Shown here piece by piece: positions 63,871 to 64,000 of a DNA stretch of 64,000 bases. The notes beneath the pieces are model-generated. The model was not told the DNA's origin, ran no database searches, and was given only the letters and a program-made list of their open reading frames with translations. Each line of letters begins with the position of its first letter. Positions within the stretch are counted from its first letter, which is position 1. The stretch comes from Octopus sinensis (lineage: Eukaryota): NCBI RefSeq assembly GCF_006345805.1, contig NC_042997.1, positions 112,220,001 to 112,284,000 on the forward strand, written 5' to 3'. Both the position numbers and the translations under genes were made by a program.

Positions 63871-64000
63871 CACAGTCTTCAAGAAATGTGTGTGTGTGTG
63901 TGTGTATATTCATGCATATATACTTACATAAGTATGTGTGTGTATATATCTATATGTATGTCATCATCATCATTATTTAACATTCGTTGTCCATGCTGGC

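Noticed and set aside
63012-63980. 322-aa host protein
   Set aside because: The motifs are those of a non-LTR reverse transcriptase, and the ORF runs into microsatellite at its end.

Overview
AT-rich, repeat-dense animal genomic DNA, most likely from an octopus. This is inferred from the AT/CA/GA microsatellites, tRNA-derived SINEs and the RTE, CR1, CRE, Tx1 and Penelope-like fragments. No intact cellular ORF is present: every recognisable ORF is a decayed retroelement or transposon, or an artefact of simple repeats. A CpG-retaining block at about 3.4-4.4 kb ends in ATGGCGGC|GTAAGT and looks like a promoter plus first coding exon, so most of the window is probably intron. A decayed, partly inverted duplicate of this block lies at 4.7-10.8 kb. 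The most striking signal is a set of minimal type-I hammerhead ribozyme motifs in at least three non-coding families, mostly arranged as head-to-head inverted dimers. One family joins a tRNA-like Pol III head to a hammerhead body, suggesting a SINE or retrozyme-like element that may depend on Penelope-like elements. Another family has a non-canonical core (CUGUCGA/CUGUAGA). Coordinates of degenerate repeats are approximate (about +/-20 bp), and family names come from motif recognition, not database searches.
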